64,000 nucleotides of DNA from Basidiobolus meristosporus CBS 931.73 (GCA_002104905.1 MCFE01000112.1:103008-167007); one strand, 5' to 3'; positions 48,648-60,149 are shown, counted from the first letter of the stretch. The notes: generated by a model not told the origin, from the letters alone. Numbers and translations: made by a program.

Positions 48648-49633
48648 TAGTTAAGAGGTGTTGGTAAAGCGATACGAACACAACGCCACTCATATATACG
48701 ATCTTGGTAATACAAGGTTGACATCATCACAATTGAACAAAGATTGACAGGTGCTCAATAATGCCTGTTGTATTTACTGCTTCGATTCTTGATTTCCTTG
48801 CCTACAGCAACTTCCACACCCTCAAGGCAGCAAAGGTAAGCTCAGGGGTACTTTAGATGTAATGAAGAGTGCGCAGGAGAGGATGTCTTAGTACTGAAGA
48901 AGTGGAGACACTCATAGTAGCAAGAGCCAAGATACATAGATACCCATTGGTTAGATTGAGTGTGTGTGAACAAGTAAACAGAAAGTAAGTCTAAGGTGCA
49001 TTGGGGGCTTACTGGATTAGATCCGCCAACACCAATTATCCAAACAATGAGCCGGGATATGTATTGTTGTAACAGCAATCCGCCAAAGGTCACATCTTGA
49101 TCGTGTATAAATAGCCGATCAACAGCCTCAACTAGCTACTTCACTGACAGCAACAACTAGCTGCTGTCAATTGACGCACTCTTGTGGGAAGGGTCAATCG
49201 GCTTATATATGTTTGACGGCATGCTATTCCTACTGTAGGTGTGACTTCGTGGTAGACTAATGGATCATTGATATCGTTATTGAATGCCGGTTGGCCAAAG
49301 GCTGATTGTTTTGCTTTCAGCACTCTAATGATGAGAGACAGATACATGTGTCTGTTCCCACTAGAACCTCTTATTTCTGGTTCTTCGTTTGATCGGAACT
49401 CATAGAGCGTGTGATCAATAGCCGGGGCTTGGTCATCATTATTAGACGCAGGTACAAGGCAGGATATCAATGCAAAAGGCTCTTCATGCTGTTAATATTA
49501 TGAAGCAGAATCAAAGTTTTTAGAATGCACATGATTGCGTGCTTGCAAACTGCCTGTATACCGCAAAGAACCAAGATGCATCCCATTCTAGCCCTCTTTG
49601 TCACCACAGGTATTCAAGCAAATATCCCCGATT

Positions 49634-49957
49634 ATTCTCGTTCCGCAAGGAGGAAGATGCACAGAATATTTGCCACTACATTGATGGTCTTCTCGTCCAA
49701 ATGTCAAGGTACACCTCTAATCAGACTCTCTCAGGCAAGCAAGATACTAACGCAGGAGTTGAGTAAGAGGCGGTCCTGTATTGAGCAATCCTGAAGCAGA
49801 TTCCGAGCTGTGGGGTAGATGCGGTGGCTATGGATGGTTGAGGGGCAGATACTGGGGACGAGGACGTTATGGTCGCTATGGTCGTTACGGGGGGCGTTGG
49901 GGATATGGACACTACGGAGTATACGGAGGCTATAGTGGATGCGACTGGGGTTACTGA
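49634..49957 (+). pseudogene. Gly/Tyr/Arg-rich prepropeptide, copy A (type II), 5'-degenerate
   Basis: KEEDAQNICHYIDG pro-region; stop at 49764-49766; core LWGRCGGYGWLRGRYWGRGRYGRYGRYGGRWGYGHYGVYGGYSGCDWGY*. Confidence 0.8.
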
Positions 49958-50303
49958 TTTACCACGTTATGCCGCTGAATAAGCCCCATTTTTTTCATCG
50001 ATGTCTTCACACCTCGCTTGATAATAGGATTCATGTGACACAACACGAGGTCTGTGCACACAGGCAAGCTCCGTATATCAGCCATCAACAAGTCATCTGA
50101 GTTCTAGCAGCGCCTTGGAGAATAATCACCTACCGTATTCATATTAACCATTCTGCTATGCAACAAAACTATACAATTTTTGCCATTATAAGTCTTGGCT
50201 CTTCCATCAAATCTATTCACACAGCTGATGCAACTCTTTTCGAGCAAATATAAGCACTGCCATAGGTAATAAGGTCACTCAAAAGGCATCCAAATCTTTA
50301 GGT

Positions 50304-50470
50304 GTGATAACAATGTACTGCGACTTTCGTACAGCTGTCAAGGAAGAAGAAAACAACAAGCTATGGGGGTATAATGGGCCCTGGAAGGGCAGACACTGGG
50401 GGCAGGGAGGATATGACGATCTTCGGGGACTGAGAGAGTCTGATTTTGAAGGTGAATATTGGCCATCTTT
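50304..50470 (+). pseudogene. Gly-rich prepropeptide remnant, copy B (type III)
   Basis: KEEENNKLWGYNGPWKGRHWGQGGY; no signal peptide; paralogue at 55100-55255. Confidence 0.5.
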
Positions 50471-50748
50471 GCTCGTTCGATCATGGCAACTTGTGTTGGT
50501 AAGATGCAATATATGTTAGTGAGGAAGGCAGGGCACAGCTATGTGGAAGCGATTGAGGCTTGAGTTGATGGTAGCAATCAATATATTTTCACAGGCAAAT
50601 AGTTTCCCATTTATCAATAGGGGAGCCATCATTATAGTGACGGTTAAGGAGGAGTAAATAATCCAGATATCTAACTCCATTATCGGCTTCTGCTGTATGT
50701 GTATATATAGTCAAGGCAAGGAGCTATGTGTAGCATTAGGTAACCATC

Positions 50749-51137
50749 ATGTACAAGCCTCTCGAAATTGTCTGCGCGCTCTTAATGGCCGAATATTCTG
50801 TTGCGATTCCTGTTCAGCCAATAGATAGCAATGTAGCAAGTGCCATCAAAGCGCCAAGATGGTAACAAAGTCCCAGTCCACCAAGGATGAAGACGCTCGT
50901 TTCATTCTCGATGATATATTCGGCTAAATGTCGTTCGATACAAAAAATCAAGCAGCATCCACTAATAAGGACATTGACTCTGAAGAGGCTGAGTTGTGGA
51001 GAAGATATGGCGGGCGATACGGTGGCTATGGGAGCGGAAGGGGCAGATACTGGGGACGAGGACGCTATGGTGGCTACGGGAGATGTTGGGGATACGGTCG
51101 CTACGGTGGGTATGGAGGGTGTGGCTGGGGTTGCTAG
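50749..51137 (+). pseudogene. Gly/Tyr/Arg-rich prepropeptide, copy C (type I)
   Basis: MYKPLEIVCALLMAEYSVAIP signal; frameshifting deletion at ~50850 and TAA (CAA in copy E); core WRRYGGRYGGYGSGRGRYWGRGRYGGYGRCWGYGRYGGYGGCGWGC*. Confidence 0.85.
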
Positions 51138-51786
51138 CTTAACGCATTGTCATGCTAAATAAACACATTCGCAATCAATCACATAATATTGCGCAATTCA
51201 TCTTCGTTAGTACCCGGTGGCCAAGGATGTCAACACACCAATATTTTGATATATGTGCTCCATAGGTGTACTCGGTCGAATGAGGCTAAGCTTCCAGTAG
51301 CACCGCACATATTCCCTCAAGGTGCTTTGTAACAGTGGAAAGCAGACAGGCTACTAGTGTTTGAATCTGGTGAGTTATGGTTGTGGCGGAGTGAGCTGGG
51401 GTATCTTCACCGCAGTGAGTATGGATGCTACTGAGGGTCCCACGGCTGCCGCCTGAGCTGCTTGTTTACCATGTCAAGCCTATGCACACTTCGTTGTTGT
51501 AATTAATACACTAAGCTATCCTGTTAAGATCTTGCATGCGCAGGTATTAGGATGGTTATACATATGGGTGCTACGATGGAGGCTGATAAAGAGTGGTTCT
51601 GTCGAAATTTACCCGATCTTACTGTGCATACACTCTGAATGCTGATCATGTGACTAGAGATCATCCATCCATTGAGTATACCAAACGTACTATTCCAAAA
51701 TACTCTATCAAACTTAATCGTTGGTGAAATTGATTTTCGTATATATAGGCAATTGGCGAGCTTTATTTGAGCATCCAACGTTCCCA

Positions 51787-52212
51787 ATGCATAATCAACT
51801 CACTGTAGTCTGCGCTCTGCTCATGGCCGCCAGTGCCTTTGGAAATCCTGCCCAGGTGGCAAGTGCAAATGTTGCAAGTTCATCCATCTCCGGTAGAGAC
51901 TCACAAAGTGGATAACTGGTGAAAAAGTTCTCGTCTAGCAAGGGAGAAGATGCGCAGAACATTCGCCACTACATTGATGGACTTCTTGGCCAAATGTCAA
52001 GGAACATTTTTGATACGACTCTTTCAGATAAGCAAGATGCCAACCAAGGAGTCGAGAAACAGGACAGCAGTCCTGAACTGAACAACCCTGAAGCAGATTC
52101 CGAAGAGTCCGAGCTGTGGGGCAGATATGGTGGCAATGGACGGTGGAGGGGCAGATGCTGGAGATGCGGACGCTACGGACGCTATGGCGGCTACGGAGGG
52201 CGTTGGGGATAA
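51787..52212 (+). pseudogene. Gly/Tyr/Arg-rich prepropeptide, copy D (type II)
   Basis: MHNQLTVVCALLMAASAFGNP signal; TAA at 51913-51915 (CAR in paralogues); DSEESELW junction; core truncated at GGRWG*. Confidence 0.85.
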
Positions 52213-52350
52213 ATAAGCATAAGTTAACTTCATTGATGTTCAATGCCATCATGTGCTCTAACAACGTAACTGGTCTGCGAACATTAATCTTTCATTGATT
52301 GGGCCTGGCAGTGTATTTAAAATTGTTGCGAGTGAGTTTGATTTGCTCTT

Positions 52351-52488
52351 TTTACCACATTAAGCCTTACAAGTGTTTGTGTGCATACACCCTAAATGCC
52401 GCTCATTTACCACGTTAAGCCTTACAAGTGTTTGTGTGCATACACCCTAAATGCCGCTCATTTACCACGTTAAGCCTTACAAATGTTT
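52351..52488. repeat. Tandem repeat, ~2.5 x 55 bp
   Basis: TTTACCAC(A/G)TTAAGCCTTACAAGTGTTTGTGTGCATACACCCTAAATGCCGCTCA; a single diverged copy lies at ~55518. Confidence 0.9.
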
Positions 52489-53010
52489 ATGCGTAATAAA
52501 GTATACAAAGCACAATTGGATGGTAAATATTGGCTATTTTGTACTGTTTAAATTGACTTGCGCTTTTGCTCCATCATAAATCGTTTTTGATCGATACAAA
52601 AGCCAGGTAACTTGTGTTTGAATGCATTTGTGGCGTAGCATCAACACAGATCTACTGATGGTTCACTCCTAATAAGGATGGGATCGAAGAAGGCTAAATT
52701 ATGCGACTATGTGGAGTCAGGACGTTGAGGCTACTAGGCATGAACAAACTATTTTTATCTATGAATGCTGAACTTGATTAAATGCATTTTTTGAGTTGAT
52801 GATAGCAATCAATATTCAATATACGCAAGTGATCTACCAGTAGCAAGGCGATTACTTTTCCATTGATCAATAATCACAAAGGAGGAGTAAGCAATCCCAA
52901 CGTCGGTTCAAAGAAGCCATAGACGTCTTTATCAAGCTTCATCATCGGCTTCTGCTGTACAGCTACATGTAGTCAAGACGAGAAGCTATGTGCAACATAC
53001 AGCAATCACA

Positions 53011-53460
53011 ATGTACAAGCATCTCTCAATCGTCGGCGCCTTCTTAATGGCCTCATATGCTGTTGCAATTCCTGTACAGCCAACAGACACCAATGTAGCA
53101 AGTGCCACCATCTCCATGAGAGATCCTCAAAGCGGCAAAACGGTCACAAAGTTCCAGTCCACCAAGGATGAAGACGCTCGTACCATTCTCGATGACATAT
53201 TCGGCCAAATATCGGGCGATGGGCTTGCCAATAAACAAGCAGCTTCCACTGATGAAGACTTCGACTCTGAAGAGGCTGAGCTGTGGGGACGATATGGCGG
53301 GAGATATGGTAGCTATGGGAGGGGAAGGAGCGGATACTAGGGACGAGGACGCTACGGTCGCTATGGTGGCTACGGGGGACGTTGGGGATACGGTCGCTAC
53401 GGTGGATTTGGAGCCTACGGAGGCTATGGAGGGTATGGCGGGTGTGACTGGGGTTGCTAG
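53011..53460 (+). pseudogene. Gly/Tyr/Arg-rich prepropeptide, copy E (type I), single in-frame TAG
   Basis: MYKHLSIVGAFLMASYAVAIP signal; DSEEAELW junction; TAG at 53338-53340 where paralogues have TGG; otherwise open to ...GGYGGCDWGC*. Confidence 0.88.
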
Positions 53461-54185
53461 CTTAACACTTCATCATGCTAAATAAACACATTTGCTATCA
53501 ATCAATAATATTGCGAAATTCATCGTCGTTAATACCTAGTGACCAAGGATGTCAACACGCAAATACTTTGATATGTATGTGCTCCATAGGTGTACTCGGT
53601 CGAATTAGGCCAAGTTACCAGTAGCACCGCACATATTCACTCGAGGGGCTTTGTAATAGTGGAACGCAGGCAGGCTACTAGTGTTTGAATTTGGTGAGTT
53701 ATGGTTGTGGCGGAGTGAGCTGGGGTATCTTCACCGCAGTGAGTACGGATGCTACTGAGGGTCTCACGGCTTCCGTCCGAGTTGCTTGTTTACCATGTCA
53801 AGCCTTACAACTACACCAGACGGCCGCATAGCTGCAACCCTTCACTATACTACCATAGCTCTTGATTGATGAAAATCATGCCCACTTCGTTGTTGCAATA
53901 ATTAATACACTAAGCTATCCTGTTAGGATTTTGCATGCGCAGATATTACGATGGTTATACGTATGAGCGCTATGATGGAGGCTGATAAAGAGTGGTTCCT
54001 CCGAAATTTACCCGATGTTACTGTGCATACACTCTGAATGCTGATCATGTGACTAGAAATCATCGATCCGTTAAGTATACCAAGCGTACTACTCCAAAAT
54101 ACTCTATCGAGCTTCATCTTTGGTGAAATTGATTTTTGTATATATAGACAATTGGCGGGCTTTATTTGAGCATCCAACGTTCACA

Positions 54186-54662
54186 ATGCATAATCAACGC
54201 ACTGTAGTCTGCGCTCTGCTCATGGCTGCCAGTGCCTTTGGAAATCCTGCCTAGGTGACAAGTACAAATGTTGCAAGTTCATCGATCTCCGGTAGGGACC
54301 CACAAAGTGGACAGGTGGTGAAAAAGTTCTCATCCAGCAAGGAAGAAGATGCGCAGAATACTCGCCACTACATTGATGGACTTCTTGGCCAAATGTCAAG
54401 GAATACGTTCGATCGTACTCTCACAAGTAAGCAAGATACTAACCAAGGAGTTAATCAAGAGGAGAGCAGTCCTGAATTGGACAACCCTGAAGCAGATTCC
54501 CAAGAGTCCGAGCTATGGGGTAGATATGGTGGCTATGGACGGTGGAGTGGTAGATACAGGGGACGAGGACGTTACGGTCGATATGGTGGCTACGGAGGAC
54601 GTTGGGGATATGGACGCTACGGGGGCTATGGAAACCATGGTGGATGTGACTGGGGCTGCTAA
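54186..54662 (+). pseudogene. Gly/Tyr/Arg-rich prepropeptide, copy F (type II), single in-frame TAG
   Basis: MHNQRTVVCALLMAASAFGNPA then TAG at 54252-54254 (CAG in D and G); otherwise open through DSQESELW and the 48-aa core ending CDWGC*. Confidence 0.88.
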
Positions 54663-55099
54663 TCTGTCGCATTAGAATGCTAAATAAACACCATTTAACT
54701 TCATTGATGTGCAATGCTTTCATGTGCTCTAGCAGCACGACACGAGGTCTGTGCGCTTGCAATGCATGCTTTGTACTTCAGCTTAGTCACATTAGTACTC
54801 TACGGAAGCTATATCATTAGGCCAATGATAGCACTAATTTAGTTCAGTTCGTAAAGCTTGAGCTGATTAACAAGTCATCTGAGTTCTAGCCACCTTTTTC
54901 AGCATCGCCTCGGAGAATAATGACCTACCGTATACATATTATTGAATCCGCTCATCGTACAAGGCTAACCATAAAACAAAGCTATACAATTTTCACCATT
55001 ATAAGTCTTGACACTTCCATCTATTCACACAGCTGATGCAATTCTTTTCAGGCAAGTATAAGCACTGCTATAGATAATAAGTTACTCAAAAGGCATCCG

Positions 55100-55255
55100 A
55101 ATCTTTAGCTGTCAAGGAAGAAGAAAACAATCTAGAGGAGGCTAAGCTATGGACGTTGGAAGGGCAGACACTGGGGACAGTGAGGATATGGTGATCTTTG
55201 GGTATACGGTTATAGAGGTTACGAAGGCTATGGCGGGTGAGTTGATACGTCATTA
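55100..55255 (+). pseudogene. Gly-rich prepropeptide remnant, copy B' (type III)
   Basis: KEEENNLEEAKLW...GRHWG..GYG..YGYRGYEGYGG, frameshifted; paralogue of 50304-50470. Confidence 0.5.
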
Positions 55256-55707
55256 TGCTGAGCAACTCCTTACATCTGCACATTCTCTGACAACTTTGTT
55301 GTAAAATCTTAGTTAGTAACCTTCATTCAAATAATGCGCTGATCACGTACTTAGTTGGGGCTCGGTAAATATACAGCCGCCATGGCTAGTAAGCTGAAAG
55401 CAGTGTATGTTGTGTACTCTATCAACATAACTGGTCTGGGTACTTTAATCGGTAGGACCTGGCAGCGTATTTGAAATTGGATCATTATAGCTTTTGCGGA
55501 GTGAGTTTGATCTGCTCATTTACCACGTTAAGCCTAACTAATATACTAGAATGTAACGGATTTTGTGCGCATACACTCTAAATGCAGTAGCCATCAATCC
55601 ATAATGTATACAAAACATAACATTCCAATCAAACTCCATCTTTGGTGCAAGGGGTTTTTGTATAGATAGACAATTAGCTCGCTTTATTTGAGCCTCCAAC
55701 ATTCACA

Positions 55708-56109
55708 ATGCAGAATCAACTCACTGTAGTCTGCGCTCTGCTCATGGCTGTCAGTGCCTTTGGAAACCCTACACAGGTGACAAGTACCATCCATCCACAA
55801 AGTGGACAAGCGGTAAAGAAGCTCCCATCCTGCCAGGAAGAAAACGCACAGAAGATTCGCCACTACATTGAAGGAATACGCTTGATCAGACTCGCTCAGG
55901 CAATCTTCAAGGAAGAGGGGAGCAACCCTGATCTGAGTAGTCCTGAAGAAGATTCTGAAGAGTCCTAGCTGTGGGGTAGATACAGTGGCTTTGGAAGAGG
56001 GAGTGGTAGATACTGGGGACGAGGACGTTATGGTCGCTATGGTGGTTATGGAGAGCGTTGGGGATGTGGACACTACGGTGGCTACGGTGGATGCGACTGG
56101 GGTTGCTGA
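55708..56109 (+). pseudogene. Gly/Tyr/Arg-rich prepropeptide, copy G (type II), single in-frame TAG
   Basis: MQNQLTVVCALLMAVSAFGNP signal; TAG at 55966-55968 (GAG in paralogues); core LWGRYSGFGRGSGRYWGRGRYGRYGGYGERWGCGHYGGYGGCDWGC*. Confidence 0.88.
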
Positions 56110-56251
56110 TTTTTCACAAACATCATTCTACCGCATCTCTGCTATAACGTGCTTATAATTGACCGAGACTCAGGCGATCTAAGTTAAGTTCAATCGTACC
56201 GGATCTATCATACCTGGCACTCATGGCTAGTGTTGTTGTATGTTACAATAG

Positions 56252-56254
<3 letters not shown>

Positions 56255-56286
<32 letters not shown>
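56255..56286. repeat. (TA)16 microsatellite
   Basis: Direct reading; it lies near the switch to CpG-poor sequence. Confidence 0.95.
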
Positions 56287-56290
<4 letters not shown>

Positions 56291-58499
56291 ACGGAGCACA
56301 TTTAATCAGACTCTCTCAAGCATCGATCTTCAACGCATACATAAGACCCAAGATATGGTGATTGAGAGTCTATAAAGTAGAGAAATCAAGTATTTTATAA
56401 TACCTGCCCACAGTTGTTGAGTCCCATGTTGAGAGAGGATTTGTAGACAGAGTCACCCGTAAGTGCTGTACACCGGCATCAGGGCTTCTGTGGATATGGA
56501 AAACAAAGACCTCTTTGGCTTAATAACTTGTGAGCACATATTTCATCGCCTTGGCAAGGTCCAGCAGGCACATGCAGCAGGAGTTAATACAACCATGACC
56601 ATTGGTATGGTGGATCTCCCTTGATGCCTGTCATGTTTTCCTACATTATTGACTGCTGTATATGATACCTACAGCATATTTTGCTTCGAAGTCTCTATAC
56701 CATTGTAGTTGAAACTTCTGCTTTATTCACACTTCCATAGAAATGGATAGCATACTGTAAAATGGCTTCTTTGCATCTTCAGTTGATGTCATATTGACAG
56801 GATTTTTAGCAGTTGATGTGTATATCAATTGACTTCCTGGTATGGGATTTTCAATTTTGGCTTTCCTTAGGACTGAACATATACAATAAAAGGTATAATG
56901 AACCAATTTAGGCCTCTGCCAGCTCCTCTTGTATACGCTTTGGGTGAAGCAATATTACCTCTTTTTGGTGATGTGTACCTGAGAGCTTATTAAGCTGGCT
57001 AATGAACAATGGCTGCAACAGCTTAATTCTTATTCTTCTGACAAATTCCAGTCTTCCTGAGCCTTGACATGACTTGCTTTGTTATTGATGATGGACTAAA
57101 TGCATATCTCTTCCAGCAAGTATGTTCTCCACCAGCTGCAACATTTACTCTTATGTATAGATCATTTGACACTGTGGGTATTGTGGCACATGTTAATAAT
57201 GAAGTTGCCAATTATTTGTAAAAGATTAAAACTGATTGGAAAATTCTACTGGAGTACTGTCTCACAACAGCATCATTAGTATCATTGAAGGCACAAATAT
57301 ATATCCTTATCTAGTGCCTGTAGTTTGATGGTGTAAACTTGCCTAAATTCTAATATTGGGCCTTATGCCATAACTCAAACTATATATATTCCAAAGTACA
57401 TATATTCATTAATAACTACTATAGCAGGATCATACATCCGCCAATAATCTTACTAAAAGCTTTGCCTTTTACTTTGATTAAATGTGAACCTCTCTTGCAA
57501 CAAGGCATTTTGTATACACAGCAACTCTGTGGATATATCACTTCAAGATGTTGTAGTTGCTAGGGCTACATTTGACTGAGTCATACCACTTAGCACTCTT
57601 ATAAACCTGATGTCAAGCTATGAAATGATTGCACACCACTAATAGAGTACAATAATAGCTGATCAACAATCTTAAAAGATTCTAGGAAGTTGCAAATTCC
57701 CCCAGGCCTTTTCAAAATCCTAAACTTTGTTCAAAGCTTTATGGTACTACCCTTTGATACCAAAGTAATTAATTTCAGTAAGCTCCTCTCAGGTCCAAGA
57801 ACTTCATTTGGTATCAATCAAGCAACAAGTAATATCATGCAATTAAAACGGATGTCTAGATTATTGTATCCAAGAGAAAAGTGTAATAAAAACTCTTAAA
57901 TGGTCTTATTGAACCAAAGGGATAGTTAGGTGCCAAATTGTAGAATTGTCAAGGAATGGTGGAAATATTAGCAGAAAGGTTCTGGTCTAATATTGATCTT
58001 CAATACAGCTGAGCTTGGCTATAAAGACAAAGGGGTGGATATGTTATGGAGGCTAGGCTTGGTGTTCTTGGGAGCAGGTATGTATGTATGTAAAGATGAT
58101 TAAGCAGGAAGCAATGGTATTTTTTGATTTGAATTCTGTGTGGAATACCCATGGTAATAATGGGTAATACAATAAAGCAGAATGATTTTTAGTGAAATGT
58201 ATGAGCAGTACCAGGGAGGGTAAAAAAGTAGCAATACCATAACAGCAGACTGTAGTTGATTGCTTACGCACCGTCAGGTTACCATAATAAGACCAGCCAG
58301 GAGCTGTACAAACACCATCAAAACACTGTCAAGTTTATTATCATATATGGCAAAAAAAATATTTATCAAAAATTGGTTGGCCTTCTGTCAGAATCCTACC
58401 AAGTTATCATTAAGATTCTGTGGAATGACAAGGTGCAGGTATTGATACAGCATTACAACAGGATCCTGACAATTTGATCTAGTTTGGATCTACCTGCAA

Positions 58500-59560
58500 T
58501 TTCTAACTTTTTTCATATGGACTCCAATACAAGATGAAGTGTATATGAGTTTGGGCAGTACTCAATGGTGTTACTGCCTCAAACTGCTCATACCAGTTGT
58601 CATACTTGGCACTCTTTACCTGTATCAGCAGCCTAACAAGCTCATCTAGGCTCAGGCCTTGAGTACCAGGATAGGTACAGACTCTAGCAGTGAAGAATGA
58701 TGGCATCTTAAAGATTGGCTCTAGCAAATAATCATAGCCATTGATACTTAAATTGAAAACTGTTGAGCTATCCAGAGTTAGTGCAGTCACTAAAGATAGC
58801 TCTTATACTTGACAGTGGCTATCACAGTTGAACCTGTTGTGATTGACTGTAGAAACTTTCTGAATCATCCCCTTGGGGTACAACCATGTGTATTTATGGC
58901 TATTGTTTCCTTCTATCAAGTGCCAAATGTCCACAAAGAGCTGGTACTGAGTAGCTGGGGTATGCTGTGTACCAGCTTGCTTGTGCAAGGCGCAAATTTC
59001 ATTCCACTCATGCCTAAACTTGCTGGCTGCAAATGAAGTAGCAACTGGAGTACAGTGAAAAAAGAGTAGTTGGTTAAGATGCTTGAATTAATGAGCATCT
59101 TGCAAGGTCTAAGTAGTACCATAGTTGCTACACATGCAAAGGCGGCCTCTGGGTGAGTATTCTTGATTCCTTTGTCATTCATTCTTTTTCCATAATCATT
59201 GGTTATTGCAGCAGTATTCTGGCAAACATGCTTCATTTCCTCCATTTATCCTCTTCCATCAGTAAGTACACCCTGCTTGGTGTATGTGTACTTGTATCTG
59301 ATCCTTAAGGTAGAGACCACATTACCCAGAAGTGGGCCAATGTTCTGCTCCACTATTGGAAGAGAGGCCCCACTTCCATGGCTGCCTGCAAAACAAACCA
59401 CTATGGGTAGGATTTGCACTAACTTTATTGAGACTTTGGATATAGTAAAGAGCAAGCAGGAGATGTACCAAACCATTGACAAGATAAACAGCCATATCTT
59501 GATGCTAATGCACAGGCTAATAAAGCACTTGGAAGCACCAACAGCACTATGTGTTCAATA
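58500..59560 (-). pseudogene. Degenerate paralogue of the F-box-like gene 47757-48647
   Basis: LDSSTVFNLS..G.D..LE.IF..PSFFTAR.CT...TQGL...VKSAKYDNWYEQFEAVT is shared; several stops and frameshifts; an extra ~300-bp segment; CpGs eroded. Confidence 0.85.
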
Positions 59561-60149
59561 AGCAGCAACACACATAAAGGAGACAGTTGCAAGAGTGAAT
59601 ATTATACCATAGCCTATGCCTTGAGAGGTTCAAGCATAGTATAAGAGTAGCCAGGACACTTAGGATATATACAGACTGATTAGACTTGTATAGCATGGAA
59701 CATGTAAGACTAAGTGAACAGAAAATCTTGAACCATATTTACATGGCCAATCAACCTAAAGTAGAATGGAATAGCAGAGAATCCGTGGGCTGCTTGAAAA
59801 CAGGACTGGGAATAACTAGAGAACATAGCAGTGGAGTTGTATTGGTAGGAGAGCCTAACTTTGGCATCCTGATACAATGGTTTGACTGGTAATGCCCACA
59901 ATGCTTTATATATGTGGCAAATATACATGAATTAAGAGAAAGCATTTGCACTGTCCATTTAGTTTACCCCTCACTCTGTAGAGAATCTATTGTTAGATAT
60001 CTCTATGATTTTGTATCTGAGTTATCACAATTGTTGGTATATTGGGTGTTTTCCATAGGCTTGTTGTACTGCTCATCATGAGCAGTGCATTCATTGCCAT
60101 ATTGGGTATCATTTGTAGGCTGTGTATCCTGGACAGGGCAACCCTCAGC

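Noticed and set aside
49141-49470. 109-aa ORF with DQAPAIDHTLY (S2-like) and FNNDI (FNIP-like) words
   Set aside because: The similarity is limited to a few residues and there is no signal peptide; it cannot be distinguished from chance.
51913-54254. Classical CpA-type RIP as the cause of the stops
   Set aside because: CAA, CAG and TGG are the only transition routes to TAA/TAG, so the pattern is not diagnostic; the repeat comparisons point to CpG bias instead.
49634-56109. TAA/TAG reassigned to Gln (alternative genetic code) to explain the stops in the peptide genes
   Set aside because: The stops align to Trp and Glu as well as Gln positions, long ORFs in the window contain no internal TAR, and genuine genes end in TAA or TAG.
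49634-56109. Peptide array as a RiPP biosynthetic cluster
   Set aside because: No tailoring enzyme (DUF3328 oxidase, methyltransferase, prolyl oligopeptidase) is recognisable in the window, and the cores are not separated by repeated Kex2 sites.
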